A stretch of 64,000 nt of DNA, from NCBI GenBank assembly GCA_051362555.1, contig CM120641.1, forward strand, positions 42,600,401 to 42,664,400, read 5' to 3'. Position 1 is the stretch's first letter. Each line of letters starts with the position of its first letter. The notes under the pieces are model-generated. The model did no database searches and was not told the DNA's origin. It saw nothing but the letters and a program-made list of their open reading frames with translations. A program made the position numbers and the translations under genes. This stretch comes from Lingula anatina (Eukaryota > Animalia > Brachiopoda). This document shows positions 29,201-44,200 of this stretch, in pieces.

Positions 29201-32200
29201 TCGCAAAGACTTAATTCAGCCAGTCTTTTGAGAATGCAGATGGAGTTATTCTCAGTCTTTACTCACTGTATTCATACTCTTAAGCACATGACTGTTAATA
29301 AATTGAATTTTTTTCTTGCAGGGTTCTCCAAGGTTCCGTATTACAGGAGTCTACCCAGCTCCACATTTCTTCTCCATTGTAGAAGACACTGGGGTGATCA
29401 GGGTGCACAGGTCATTGAGGGAAGACAGCCTGCAGCTGCCAGCTTTTATTGTAAGTGTATTAGGTGTAAAGATTGCAGTTGTGCCAAGAGTGTGTTGGAT
29501 GTGACAAGTGCTGGATGGTGTGCTGAAGTGTGTTAGGTGTGAAGATAGGGGTTGTGCCAGGAATGTGTTGGATGTGACAGGTACTAGATGCCATACACTT
29601 CTTTGCATTTATTCTGCATGAAGTAAGTGGAACTTACAGTGGAATAGGCCTGCCAGAATGTGACAGCCTTTTGGAAGATTCAATAGTGTCACTGTAGAGG
29701 AAATAGTGTCTCTATGTTACTCTTGAAATTGTACCAGACTTGATCGCACGCTGGATCATTTCTTGCCCATGATTCATTATAAGATTAAAATGCATGACTT
29801 GACACTATTTTCTGTTTTATTTTTTATCCCTATTATTTAATTTATAAAGAACCAATACTTATTGTTCACAAACCATTTTTTTTTCACAGGTGAGAGTGGA
29901 GGTCTATGACTCTCTTTACCCAGAGAACAAAGCCTCAGCCACTGGTGTCATCAATGTAATGCGGAACCCAACTGGACCCAGGTTCACACCACCCACTTAC
30001 AACGTGAACCTGACTGATATCTCTCCAGGGGGGATGCTCATACAGGTCTATGCTACTGATGAGGATGGGGTGAGGACAACATTATGTATAATATCCACTC
30101 ACACACAAGATTTTTACAATAATGATGTTTTCTTAATTGAAATGATTAAAAGAATGCACAGTATTCTTTCTAAAGAATTCTGGTTGAACTTTTAGCCCAA
30201 TTTCATGTCAATATTAATTCATATGGAAAATCATAATATTTATTCTTGAACATAACACAACACAGAGTTATAAAGTATTTTTGAATTGTTAAATGTCTGA
30301 CAGTGTATAAATTTTGGTATTTGGTTAAGCTGGATATTGGATCAAACAAACATTAATATTTATTTGTTTTGTCTTGTTAGGATGACCTGAGATATACAAT
30401 AGAGAGTGCTAATGATGATGGCCTCAACTTGTTCCACATTACCCCAGACGATGGAGTGATCTACATGAGGAAACCTGTCAGTGAAGCACAAAAGGATGAG
30501 TATACTGTAAGTTTGTTGATGAAATGAAATACTGAATACTATAAAAATGACAACAAAATGCTGTTAGATGTACAAAAACTAGAGCTGTGTTACCAAGACA
30601 TAAATCAACAAAAATTTTGAAGTGAGAGTAATCTTAACTATAAAACACCACTGTCTATAAAGTACGGTAACTGTAACTCTAAATGCTTCCTTCATTTCAC
30701 TTCTATAACAATAAATTAATGCACTATGTATTATTATGATATTGAAAACTGAAAACAACAAAATGACCAAAACACAACACTTTAACTGTAACATATTATT
30801 AGAGCATTAAAATAAGTGCAAGGGAACACTGAAACTCCTACATGTACACATTATATAATAGTCAGTGTGAAGTCGGATGCAGACAGACATTTTCTGTTCT
30901 AGTTGGTGGTAATGGCTAAAGATGGACGTGGTAAAAATGCCACAGCGCTGGTCTACATCAATGTGGTGGGAGACAGCCTTCCGTTCTTTGAAAACTTACC
31001 AGAAACTATCGATATCCCTGACACCCGGGCTGTAAAATCCACCATCTTCACAGCTCTTGGAAGAGATAATACTTTGTCTGTAAGTAGCCAACAGGTGTTA
31101 GGCCATAAGATTTTTTAATGCTCAAGAGATGGGTTCATTTCCATTTCCCTTTGAAAGTTTATTTTCAAAAAGAGGTTATGTCAATGAAATGAAATTTTTG
31201 AAAAAAAAAATGTGTTTAACGTGTTAATTTACTTTACTTGAAATTGTTAGAAAATTATGTCCCAAACAGTATTCATAGGGTATTTTGTAACTTGCTTTGG
31301 CTGAAGATATATGTTCAAAGTTAAATTCTGAATAAAAATTATGGTTATTTTTTAGGGTAACCTTGTCTATACAGTGGTTGGTAACTTTCCCGCTGAGTTG
31401 TACTTTGAAGTAGGGAACAACAGCCGGGGAGAAGGCGAGGTGAAAATAAGAAGAGATTTGAGATCAGACAACTATGGAACCAGAGTATACACAGTACGTA
31501 CCAATTTTTATTATTATTAATCATAGTTCTCCAGTTTCTACAGAGCTTTGCTATGTTGAATAAAGTAACGGTGCTCCCAGAACATTGTCAGAATAAAGAG
31601 GGCAGAGTGCTGAACAAACACTGCAAAAAGGTGTGACACCAATTTCTGTGCAACATTGCCATACCTGACACAATAAATTGTATTATTTATTTATTTATTT
31701 ATTTATTATTCTATATTGACTTGCATATTTTTTGTTATTTTCTAGGTTGAGCTAACAGTCCATGATTCTGCAGTGCCAGGCAGGAAAGGGCGTGGAGAGC
31801 TGATAGTGAGGGTGAATCGCCTGTCCAACCCCAATCCACCGAGGTTTGAGAGGAACTCCTACAACTACACGATATCTGACACATATAGTGTTGGATTGAG
31901 TCTACCTCCTCCTCGTATCAGAGCAACAGATCCAGAAAATGTAAGCCAACATTTTTATGTAATTTCTACCTTACCTGAACAATTATTATTTTAGAATTAT
32001 CTTCTTTCCACCACACCAAAAACATATGACTCCAACTTAAATTGGGTAAAAACCTGTCCATACCAAATGTCACATTCTTCATATTTGAAACCAGGTTAAA
32101 GCAGGGCTAAATACCTTTAAATCATTGATAAGCAATGATAATTAAGTTTTATTTATCACTTTGCTATACCTTTGCTTGGTGTTCAGTACACTTTGGCATT

Positions 32201-35200
32201 TTACTGTAACTGTTTCCTTCTAAATATGTAGACAACTTCTGATGAAAATGTAAGTAAATCAAGTGCTTCTTGATACATTGATAACACCATATTTTGTAAT
32301 TCATTTTATTTATCACATTATTGCACCCGTACATTACAATTAACCATTGACATGCAACATTCTTCTGTCTTACATACTCAAGGTTTGTTCACAACATTAC
32401 TAGATAAAACATCACCATTTTTGCTTCAAGTTTATTGTCCAAATGGAGTGGGCAACAGGAGCACAATATAGCTTTAATTTTTGTGCAGTCTTGATGTGTA
32501 GTATTTTATTAACTTAAAAGTAAATAAGGCAGTTGCTCCATCACTTCACATAGCTTTTCAAGCTGCTTTTTAACATAATGGGTATGCTCTATTTCCAGTG
32601 TCTTGCTTTAAGCAGCATCAAACCTGCATATGTTTTATTTATTCATTTATTTATTTATTGTGAATTTCATTGTAACAGAAAATGATATAAAATATGTAAG
32701 ATGCTCCAGCAGTGTCTCAGCTAACATATAAATATTGCTATATTCTAGGATACGGTGTCATACAGCATTGTGGAGACTGCTGATGGTAACTCGGTATCTG
32801 AGTACTTCTTTGTCAATCCAAATACAGCAGACATCAAAGTAATTAAAAATCTAACTACAGCCTCTGATGTCTACACTGTAAGTTGTTTTTGTTTTTGTTT
32901 TGCCTTTGTGATTATGTTTAGAAACTTTGAAATTCTTTTGCTGAGGGTTTCCTTTGCCAGACATAATTGGTCTTGTTTACTTGAGTGTTATAAAGCAACA
33001 GAAAATTCATTTTTATTTGTCCATTACAGTTTTAAGTCACCCCACACTTCAAGCATATTCTGCAATTTGATCTAGAAGACTTACTTGAGATTGATTTCGT
33101 GCAACAGACAAAAATCCATTTGGACAAAAATGTATGTGGCCAAAATTATGTGAATAATCCAAAAAGAGACTGAAAACTACTGTACATCTTATTTTCAGTT
33201 CATAATTGAGGCAGCAGACTCTGGTATACCAGTAGCCAAGAGTCAGGCCTATGTAACAGTGAACATTGAAAGACGTGCAAACAGAGCTCCAGTTTTCTTG
33301 CCACCTTACGCTGCCAATGTCAGCCAGAACTTCCACCTCAGTGACTCATTCTTCAGAGTGTTGGTTTCAGATCGATCTGTTGTAAGTTGACATAAATTAA
33401 GATATAAGTATACTTTCACCAGTATAAAAAGTAAGGTTCAGGTTCAAATAAAAAGATGTGATATATAGATTTAGTACAGCACTTAGTAATACATGTATGC
33501 CAAGCATGTTTCCAAGTTCAAAACTTATATTAAATTCTCATATAGTGTTTGTAAGCATCTTTTATTATACATAACAGTATAACAACACTGTCACATTTTA
33601 TATGAAACATCTTGCATTTAATTACTATCAATATATTAATATTATCAATATAAATATTTTTATCTCAAAAAAATATTGCAATTCACCCATTATCAAAGCC
33701 TTAGCTTTAATTATAATAATTTCCATAATTTCTACAAATTCTTTTGTTAATTTCTAGGCACCAATAAATCTAGATATAGTTGGTGAGGCTCCAGCTCCGG
33801 ATTTATTCAGGGTCAACAGTGATACTGGTAAACTGTATATCAAGTCTTTAGATCTCGCCTCTCAGGTCAACTTGGTTTACTATGTAAGTATCTTGGAGAT
33901 CAGTAAAAATTTTGGAATTAAAAAATAAAACATATGCACACTCTGGACGCTTAGGGTTGGGAAGAGTTAAAAAGTTGGTTCAAATCTGTACCTATACACC
34001 CGATCTTCAGTTTGCCACTAGTTATTTAAAAAGTACAGCCCGAAACGAACATACTATTTATGTTAGTTTTCCAGTTAAATGTTTACTTAAAGAGTAAGTA
34101 ATTTGAATCTATTACTGGACTAACATTTGTCTATTTGAGTATGTTGCATCTCCCTCTCAAAGCTCCACCTGGTCTACTGAGAATACAGGTGAACTATTTT
34201 CAGTTTTGGTAACTATGTGATCTGTGTGAAAGATCACCCTGAAACCCCCATCCCCCCTGTTTGTTAAGGCCTGGTTTTAATTTTCATTTTCAGCTGGACA
34301 TTGAGGCATACTATACAGACAGCCCAGAATATAAAACCAGACAGCTCTACACAGTGAATGTCAATAGAAATCCCCATAAACCATACTTCCCATCACAATT
34401 AAACATTGTTCAGCTGAAGGAGAACCATCAGCTTGGGGTTCCTATTACTATAAACGGTCAGGACAGATTGGTGGCCAAGGACTTGGATGGGGTAAGTTAA
34501 TGATTTTGAAGCCAGTGACCTTTGGTCAGGTAAACCATGTTTTAATTTGCATACCAAAGTAAAAAGTTTTATTTGCAGGAAGATTAAAAAGAGTCTGATG
34601 CTGCAATAGCACATGACAAACTGTGAACAGGTTTCAACCAAAGCATGCTCTTAAGCAGGCCAAACAGACATCTTCCAGTGATTGCGTTGGTCAAAAGAAT
34701 GACTAGCAAGTAATAGGCCACCTGGCCAAATGATACAGTATATAGTTATAGAGAGATGGGCTTTGGACAACAGATGACCTTTGTCTAAGAAGCTTAAGAG
34801 CCAGAGAGTCTGTTTTTCTGTGTGCAATCAACCATTACCTTACATGGATTTGTGACTGATGCTGTTAAGCAATTTCTGTAAGATTTGTCCTCAATTTCAC
34901 ACATGTAGCATTGCAAGTAGTACATAATTTAAAAATTACTTGATTTGTAGATGGAAACAGACGATTCAGTTATTAAGTGTAATAGAAAAATTTAAATAAG
35001 AAAAAATAACTGCATACAATAATTTTTTATTATCATTAAAGTTATTGTTATCCATATATATTATTTTTGTTCTGTTTTCTTTCAGGACAATTTGTATTTT
35101 GAATTTGTTGGAAATAGTGACTTCTTCTTCATCAATCCACGCACAGGCCAGATTTCATTAAAGAAAACTCTCCTTGGAACTACTCAAAATAACCACGTGG

Positions 35201-38200
35201 TAGTATATTGAAATAACCTATTTTTACTGCTTCCTTTTGTTAAAAAATCACTTTCTGTATTTGGAATGTAGCTAGTATGATCCAGTTAACTACTTGTTGT
35301 AGCATCAATATGTATAGTTGATATATTATTGGGTAAAGAAACTATAGAAATATTAGACTGTATGGCAGTGTGTTAGTAGTATACCATTGTGTTACATTGA
35401 CCTTACATAACATATGACACATGTCATTCATGTCAACAGTTGAATGTGAGTGTGACAGACGATGGCCAGCCACCAGAGTCTGCAGAAGTCGAAGTCCAAG
35501 TAGAAGTGGTCAGAGGTCTACAGCCATACTTTGAGCAGCAGTTCTACAATGTTACCATAGATGACACAGCTGAGGATGGCACTGTGGTGCTACCTAGTCT
35601 TGTTTCCAGGAGTAACAGTGTCCAGGTTAGTGAGCCAATCAGAATCTTTGATATGTTCTTTCCTCACGCAATTAAAAGTGGATTAAAATGAGATATTAAA
35701 GGGGATAATGTCTCCTTTTTGAAAAGTTGTAGGTTGATTCTTAGAAGATAAGTATACATGTTTTGAATATTATTTTCTTTTTTTGCCCCTTTGGTACTGG
35801 AGAAAAACCTTCAGGTGGTCTTTCAGCTTCAGTACAAGATCAGTGCTTTTCTTCTAATAATTTTTTCTAGAGCACAGGATCATTTGTAAGATATATTGAG
35901 GCACCATTTTTCTGTATCAACTTTCATACAAAAACGGCCTTTTTTTTTACAGGACAGAATCATTATCTGGCCAGTTGGCACACCACGTGCCATGTTCTAC
36001 TTCAATTTCAATGAAACGCGCTATGAGAACACTGGTGGAGATGCACATTACTTAGAGGGCAATATATACCTTCAGGCTAGTGTAGCAAGAGATACAAGGC
36101 CAAACCCTTACCAAGTAGGTACTCCAGATACTCTAGCAACTACAAATTACAAACTTCTTTTTTGTTTTTTCCCTGGCAACGATGTTGATGCACTCCTGCA
36201 GTCTGCCTGTCTGTCTGTCTTCTCTTGGACATAATCTCATCATTCTACCATTTCTGATCAGTTTTAACGAAACTTAAAAATAGTGAATACTTTATGTGTA
36301 ATAGTGCAACTGAGAATCATTTTCTTGGTCTTAAAAATAAGTATTATGCAGCTTTGACCTGACTTGGTTGAACTACATTCTGTCATAGCCAAAAAAAGCA
36401 TGCCTTGGTGTAGATTTCATGTTCTAGAAGTTAGTATTTTTAAATTCTTAGAACATGCCATCTTCTTACCATATTACTACCTGTTTCCAGCTAATCTTGG
36501 TCACATACGACCAAGCATACACTGATACCAAGAATACTGCCACAGTTCAGATTAATGTTAACCGTAACAGTGGCAACGTGTACTTCAACCCCAGTTTGTA
36601 CCCTGTAGAGGTAGAGGACACTACACCAATTGGAGCAGCACTAGTACAAGTCAAGGCCACTGATGAGGATGGGGTGAGTACTGAACAGTGAATGTAAAAA
36701 TGAATGGCAATGTCCTTTTTAAGGGGGAGAAAGTAGACAACAAATAAGGTTGTAGCAAAATACTGCTGGTAGAGGTAAAAATCTCTGACAGAAATGGATA
36801 TATTAGAACATTAGGGGCATGAGCTGCTGACAACCAAAATTAGTGGATTTGAGAAAAAAAACAACTGCAATTACACCTAGGACTTAACAAAGAACCTTAG
36901 ATATACTGTATTTACTATGAATTTTGGTTGAGCATTTTAGCAGTAGACCAAGAACTCTGTAAAAGTTGAACTGAATCCAGCTGCAGAAATGAAACAGATA
37001 ATAATGTGGCTGCTATGATAGTTTCACCAGCTGTGATTTTAGGTGTCGCATAATATATTTGGTGTCATGGAGTTCTTATACCAAATAATTTTCTGCACCA
37101 AAAAGTATCGAATAATTTTCTCTTCTCTTTTCTTAATGATGCACAATAATTTTCATGATCTCCTGTTGCTATTGTAGGATCCTATCACATACAGTATATT
37201 AAGTGGAGGACAATTCTTCATACACCCTACAACTGGATGGATCTACACAACTGGACAACTCTCAGACTCAGACTATTATGTAAGAAAAATATATCTTATT
37301 TTCTCAACTTGGAAAATTTTTAATTAAATGATTAATGAAATGATTTTCTGAAGAAATTGCAGAAATTAACAATACTGTCAGAAGTTAATGTGAATTAAAA
37401 TGATATCATACATGTTGAGTAATATCATGTTTGTATGTTTAAAGGAACATTTAAGCAAATTATTGACTTGTTATTGGATGATAATTTTGATATATTTCTA
37501 GCTATGATGTTTGTTAGGTGCCTGAGTAAAGTGATTTGGAAGTCTGACAGATACATACATACATATATGCCCAAACACGGTATAATTTCACCGTCATCCT
37601 TGTTTGTACAAACTAAAAATTTGATTATTTTAATTTCACTTATTAAAGAGTGTATGTGGAGGTAACAGGCAGCATTTCTTTTTACCTGTAGCTCAACGTA
37701 CAAGCCAGTGACAGAGGAAACCCTGAGAAGACAGACAATGCTACAGTCCACATCCATGTTGTCTTTGACACTGATCTGCCGGTTGTCACCCTGCCACCTG
37801 GTGTGGATGTAGAAGTGACTTGGCCCAGGAATAGGGGCATTATTAATGTCACTGCTACTGATGCCAATCTTAGGGTATTACTGTGTTTTCCTTTAATATT
37901 GTGAAATGATTAGTGATACAGTAACTACTTATTATGATCTGCAATTAGTGGTCAGATCCATTAAGGTAGAAGATATGTGTTTTAGAAAAACTAGATTTAT
38001 TTTATAAATTATACAAAATTGTAAAATTATACAAGTATATACGTAACTGCTGCAAATGGATACATATGTCAGTGAAATATTTTCTCCTGTTTGTATCTCT
38101 TGAAAATTAATTTCTGTTGTTACATTTCAGGGTGAGCTGGTGTATGAATTGGTAGGGGATCACACATCAATGCAGTTCTTTGGAATCAATAATGAAACTG

Positions 38201-41200
38201 GTCAAATTTACCTAAAGAGGTCCCTGCTAGAAGACCCTGCACTTAATACACAGTACTTTGTAAGTGTAATTCATGTTTTAATTCCATAATTTAGCAGCTT
38301 GTAAACTGATACTACATGTAAATAAGTTGAAATAAGTTCATTTGATTGGCAAACTATTTTTCCATGAACAGAAAATTACTTGTGACTTTTGACCGATGGA
38401 CATGGAAACTTATCCAATAAGTAATAGTTTGTTTGTGGAAAAAACATAAAAGACCTTGTAATACTAAATAACTGATAATATATTCTCTTATTACCAGTGG
38501 TCCTGTTTGGTTTTGTATGCATTACATAAATAGCCATATTAATTTATTTATTGTATGAAACTCAATGCCGTGCCTTTTTCAGTATTATAAACCATGTAAT
38601 TTGTGTGTCATTAATTAAAAGAAAATTTTCTTTTTAGTTGACGGTCCGTGTGTATGACACTGCTTTCCCCGAGAACTCAAGAGAGGCTTTGACTATATTC
38701 AGAGTCAATAGAAATCCTGGATATCCCATATTTATCGGGGACTATGACAAGACTATTGCTGAAGACTATGGATGGGGTGTAGTAGTCAATGTGACTGCAG
38801 TCGATGCTGAGAGGGTAAGTTGTAATGATCTGATAGATATTTTACTATCAATTATATTATTAATATTATTAATTATAATAATTTTTAGTTTTTAATTTGT
38901 TGAGAAATTACCATGATTTTAATACTGTGCACTTTTTATGTTCTTCAGCAAAAGATGGAGTATGAATTGATAGGCAACCAGAGAGCAATGCAGTACTTCT
39001 ATATCAACAAAGATACTGGGGCAGTGCATATTAAGAGACCTCTGCCAGCTGGCAGGAATGAGACATTTTATGTAATTATCTTCCACTCATGTTTTATTAA
39101 TTTGAACAGAAACTTGATATTTTAAATGTTAAGCAATTTGAATATTGATAAGTGATATTTTGATTATTTAAACAAATTGGTTATAACATCTTTGTCCAAG
39201 GTATTTTGGTTGCTAATTTGCAATTGATATAAGTTAAATGCAATTTGGCCTCTGTCTATTTCTGACCTTTACTGTTCTAGCTAACTGTCAGGGCCACAGA
39301 CAATGGAAAGCCTCCCAACTCAGAGGAGACCACTTTCACTATCCAAGTAGTGGGCACAAGCACTGGATTGCCTGTCTTTGAAAATACTCCCTATATTGTC
39401 AATGTCTCTGAAAACAGACCTACTGACAGTTTGGTATTTGACCAAGTGCTGGCAAGGCTGCCCTCTGGTGTAAGATTCAGTTGTTTTACACATTGGATTG
39501 ATAGAAAAATTAAATAAATAAACATCCCAAACTTTTCATGATATTCAGTGATATGTCACTTCATGTTTTACAACTTGGCAGTGCCTCTGGCACAAAACTT
39601 TTGACTCTATATATGTTGTGACAGAACCACATAATTATTTAGAATGATTTAGTTTAAACTTTTATTTCAAACCTGACATACGTTTTACTCCTCTTCTTCA
39701 GTCTCAGGGAAGAGTACAGTATGAGCTGGCAGAGTATGGACAGTTCTTCCGCATCCAAAAAGACACTGGGTTTATATACCTGACAAACTCACTGAGAGAT
39801 GGGAACCTGGATGTGTATAGAGTAAGACTAATATTACAGAAGGACTTTTTACACACGTTTTATATAATGCTTTTTGTTTTCCAATTTGTGAAGGGCAACA
39901 TTGAACATTTTAATTGGTTAATTGTGGGATTAGTGTCTTATCCAATATACATAATGTAACTTAGTGAAATAAATAGATTAACCAATTCAGTAGATATTTA
40001 TGGTAGGATCATATTATTTAATGCCATCAGTAATCATCATTTTTGAAAGTAATTTTTTTTTTTTTGTTAGATATTGGATGCAGGGGTGGATCCAAAGATA
40101 TTTTCTGGCATTCTTCCAAATTATCTTTGTTTATCCATCCTTCATTTTTGACCGTCTTCCAACAGAAAATATTAGATACCCATCAATGTAAACATGAAAA
40201 TCTGACCGTCTTCCGGAACACCCAGAAGACACCCTAAATCTGCCCCTGGGATGTGAAGATATGTTTTTCTTGTCCATTTTAGCAAAGAATAGCAGCCTAC
40301 AGCAGTCTGCGCCCAGATGTAAAGGCGTACACTGATGTTGTCTTCTATGTGTCTCGTAATGAGAATCCTCCTGTGCCGGAATACAACTACATAGTAGTGA
40401 ACATCACAGATTATCATCAACTGGGTGCTAGGATTGTTACTTTGACAGCTACAGATAAAGATAATGTATGCACCTGGGTGAAAGAGTTTACATTTGTTTA
40501 TTTATACTCAAGTATTTTGCATATGCTTTTTTAACAAAGTTAAGGAATAATAATGTGATGCATAATCAATTTTTATACTTAAGTTATCATTAAGGTAGCA
40601 GGGATGCAGATTTTCCTGCTTTTAATGTTGTAATGAAACTTTTGTTAGGAAAGTTGCTGGATTTTCAGAATTGGGGCAGTTTCACTGTAGGTTACAGAGG
40701 TCTCTGATCTTCAATATGACATTTGGTCTCGATAAAAAGCTACTCTAATTGTACACTTGTGGGTAGCCTTACATCTAAGACGTTAAGAACACCTTACATT
40801 ATTGCCTATGCACCTCTTTCTTCAGTTTCTTAATTTTTATGGATTCAGGATCATCTACGTTATAAGCTAACAAGTAGCAGAGATTGTCTTCAGTACTTCT
40901 ACATGGATTCTGATACTGGAATGATGTCCCTACGTAGTACACTAGAGGAATCTTCACCAAGAACATTTGATGTAAGTATATTATAGTAATTGCGTGTTGA
41001 CTTATAGAATATCTGCTCCAGATAGTCAAGAGAATAGTGAAATATTATGGATTGTTATTTAATATTCATTAATTGAATTCTTTTTTTGATGATATATGTG
41101 GGATTTTGGTTATTTTGTTCACTTTAAACTTTTTATTTTAAGGTTACTTGATTGAATGTATATAATGCAATTGCTCTACCTTTTATATGATATTTTTCTC

Positions 41201-44200
41201 TGAGTCACCAATAAAAGTACATGTAGCACATTTAACTGGCACTGATGAAAGAAATCATCAGTTGCACAGTCAAGAGATTCCAAGACTTTCAACTGCTTCA
41301 TTTAAGATATATGCAGTTTCAGCAGTATAACAACTGTTTAATGTTTACACCTATGTATGGTTATAAATCTTTTTTTTTTTTTCAACAGTGCATGGTCACA
41401 ATATCTGACAGAGGAGTAGGTGACAATCCAAACACAGCAGAAGTCAACATTAGGGTCAATGTGATCAAGGATGTGACACCAGAGGTCGCTAATGTCACTT
41501 TGGAGATACCAGAAGATATGGCAGTGGGGACTGTCATTGCCACTATCCAAGGCAGGAAGGACAATGTGGTTGTAAGTTGACAGTTATTTTGCATGAGAAA
41601 TGGCATTTATTATGAGCGTAATCAAATCTAATGAATTTATATCCCTCAGTTTCCTTTGTTTATATGAATTTATGAGAAAAAGTTTAGCTGATAAATCTTT
41701 TCAATGATTGTAGTTATACTGTTTTATAGTTATTTTAAATTGAAATAATGCAAGATTTAAAAGTCACTGCGATGTATGCTAGAAAATGTAACAAATCTTC
41801 AAACATTCATTATAAATTAATCTTGGGAATCACTATTGAAGATGAAAATGTTTTTTTTTTCAAAGATTATTTTTTCTAATTTATGTATCGGTGTAGATAA
41901 ATGATATCTTCATATATTATGTATCCAGGGCCATTTGAAGTATGAATCAGATGGAATATACCCTGCACCAACATTCTTCTCCATCAATGAGACCAGTGGG
42001 CAGATACAGATAGCCCGAAGTTTGAGAAAAGACACATTGCGACTGACTTCCTACACTGTAAGACCTGTCAAATTTTAACTTAGTTGTTATATCTTTTCAT
42101 TAAATGTATCATATTAATAGCAGTTAGCTATTCAGTGGTTTCTTACAGGTATTTGAAAAATTTTGTCAATGTTTGAAATAATAGAATGGACCAGTAGAAG
42201 CTTTTTAGGGTAAATTCATGGAAAACTTTCATTTTATATGGTTGAAAAAGTATCTACTAGTGCTTATAGTTTTTTACAAACCCCACACAACAGTGAGTTG
42301 AACATGGTGTTAATGGTGTTAATGGTGTTTCCTTTTGTTTTCAGCTTGTTGTGCGCGTGTTCGACACTTCTAGTCCTTCTTCTGTGGGAGTTGCCAATGT
42401 CTATATTACTGTTACCAGAAACCCTGGGCAGGTAACTGTCTTCCCAACATCACACAGACTCACCATACAGGATACCCAGTTGGTAGGAGAGGACCTCTTT
42501 ATACTGAATGGAACAGACCCCAGTGGAGTAAGTACATTTATTTATTACTTGGTTTTATAAATAGTCTGGAATGAATCTGAATGGATTCATACAAAAATAA
42601 ACGAGATAAAAAAGAAAAAAATGATTGAGTAACCTATAATTAAAAAATATTGATTTATTAACATACAAACTACAGCTTTTATTACGAACCAGCAAGCCTG
42701 TAAATTTCCTTGTCTGCTGTTTGTTTTATTGGTTTATACAAAATAATGATATCTTGGTTTTAGGACAAACTGTACTGGAATATCAGTGGCAGTGAGTTGG
42801 CCAGGGAGTACTTCTGGGTGAACCCAGACACTGGCGCCATCTCTGTGAAGAAAGACCTAACACTGGATACATCAGGGACTGAAAATTATGTGGTATGTGT
42901 ACAAACATCTGTACACTGTTTTTTTATATATTTGAAGACAACCTTAAGTTTACTAGTACATGGCACAAAAGAGACCAGTTTAATTTGTAGGTCTCTTATT
43001 TTGTGGATTTAAATGTATGCAGAAATCTTTAGTCTTTGCTGTTCTTCTTTAAACATGAGACTAGTTTTAGTATAAGATAGATTGCTATATATGCAAGGTA
43101 AAATATATTTAAATACCTTTATTACTGACTTTTTTAAATTTGTATTATCTGTTTTTTTGTTTGATTATAATGACTGAACAGATCGATAGTATTCTGTTCT
43201 TTCTTCAATAGGTATTAGTGTGTGCATATGACCCATATGGTAGCACTGCCTGTTCCAATATTGTTGTCCATGTGAACAGAGACAAAAATGTCCCAGAATT
43301 CCCAGGACAGCAGAATAATTTCACCGTTCCTGACAGCACCAATGAAACCACAGTCATTACCATTGTGCGGGCAAGAGATGATGACTGTCCTGTAAGAGCA
43401 CAACTACAAAAAACTACCTTGTTTTACGAGTTATGCATTGATCAAAAGATTGATTTTTCTGCTTGTTTTAGCAACCTTTCTTGTTATCATACAGACTACC
43501 AGATGATATGAAATTTGAGATTCAAAGTTTTTGATTATGAAATCTGTAACTCCTACATGTTGCTTTAAAATTTTAAGAAAGGATCACTGCCTGGATTTTT
43601 TTACTGAATTTTTTTTACTGTGGTATAATTTCCATTTGCCCTATATTTTTTATTTCTTCAGGACTCTGCCCAAATCCTATATAATTTGGTTGGAGAATTC
43701 CCAGCGCCAAGTTTCTTTGAAATTGAACCCACCACAGGAGAGATTTCCTTGAAGACTGACCTTAAACTGGATGTCTCCAACACAAACCCATATGTGGTAG
43801 GTTTTATTTTCATATGAATTTCTTCAAATAATGTACAATAAAATTTTATTTGTTTATGCAGGCAATATGCAATCAAAAGTTATTTATTAATATGTATTTT
43901 GTTAATTTTTACAGATAATGTACAACCAAAAAGAGTTTTGAAAAAAGTTTTTAACTCATATAAATATGCATTTTTAGCAAATTTATAAATTTGTAAATTC
44001 ACACCTATACTTATTTGAATGTGTCAATTGATATAAGAATCCCTCTCTCTCAGCAAAATTAAGGCGATGTGAGACTCTGAATAGTGTTTTGTCACAGTCA
44101 ACAAAATATTAATCTGTCACACAACACGGTATCATGTTATCACACCTTCAAATATGCATTAATTTCCGTAGCATTTTGCGACACCAGGCACCATACCTGT

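Noticed and set aside
32040-32630. Cys/His-containing minus-strand fragments in a longer intron (possible decayed gene)
   Set aside because: Multiple stops and no recognisable domain.
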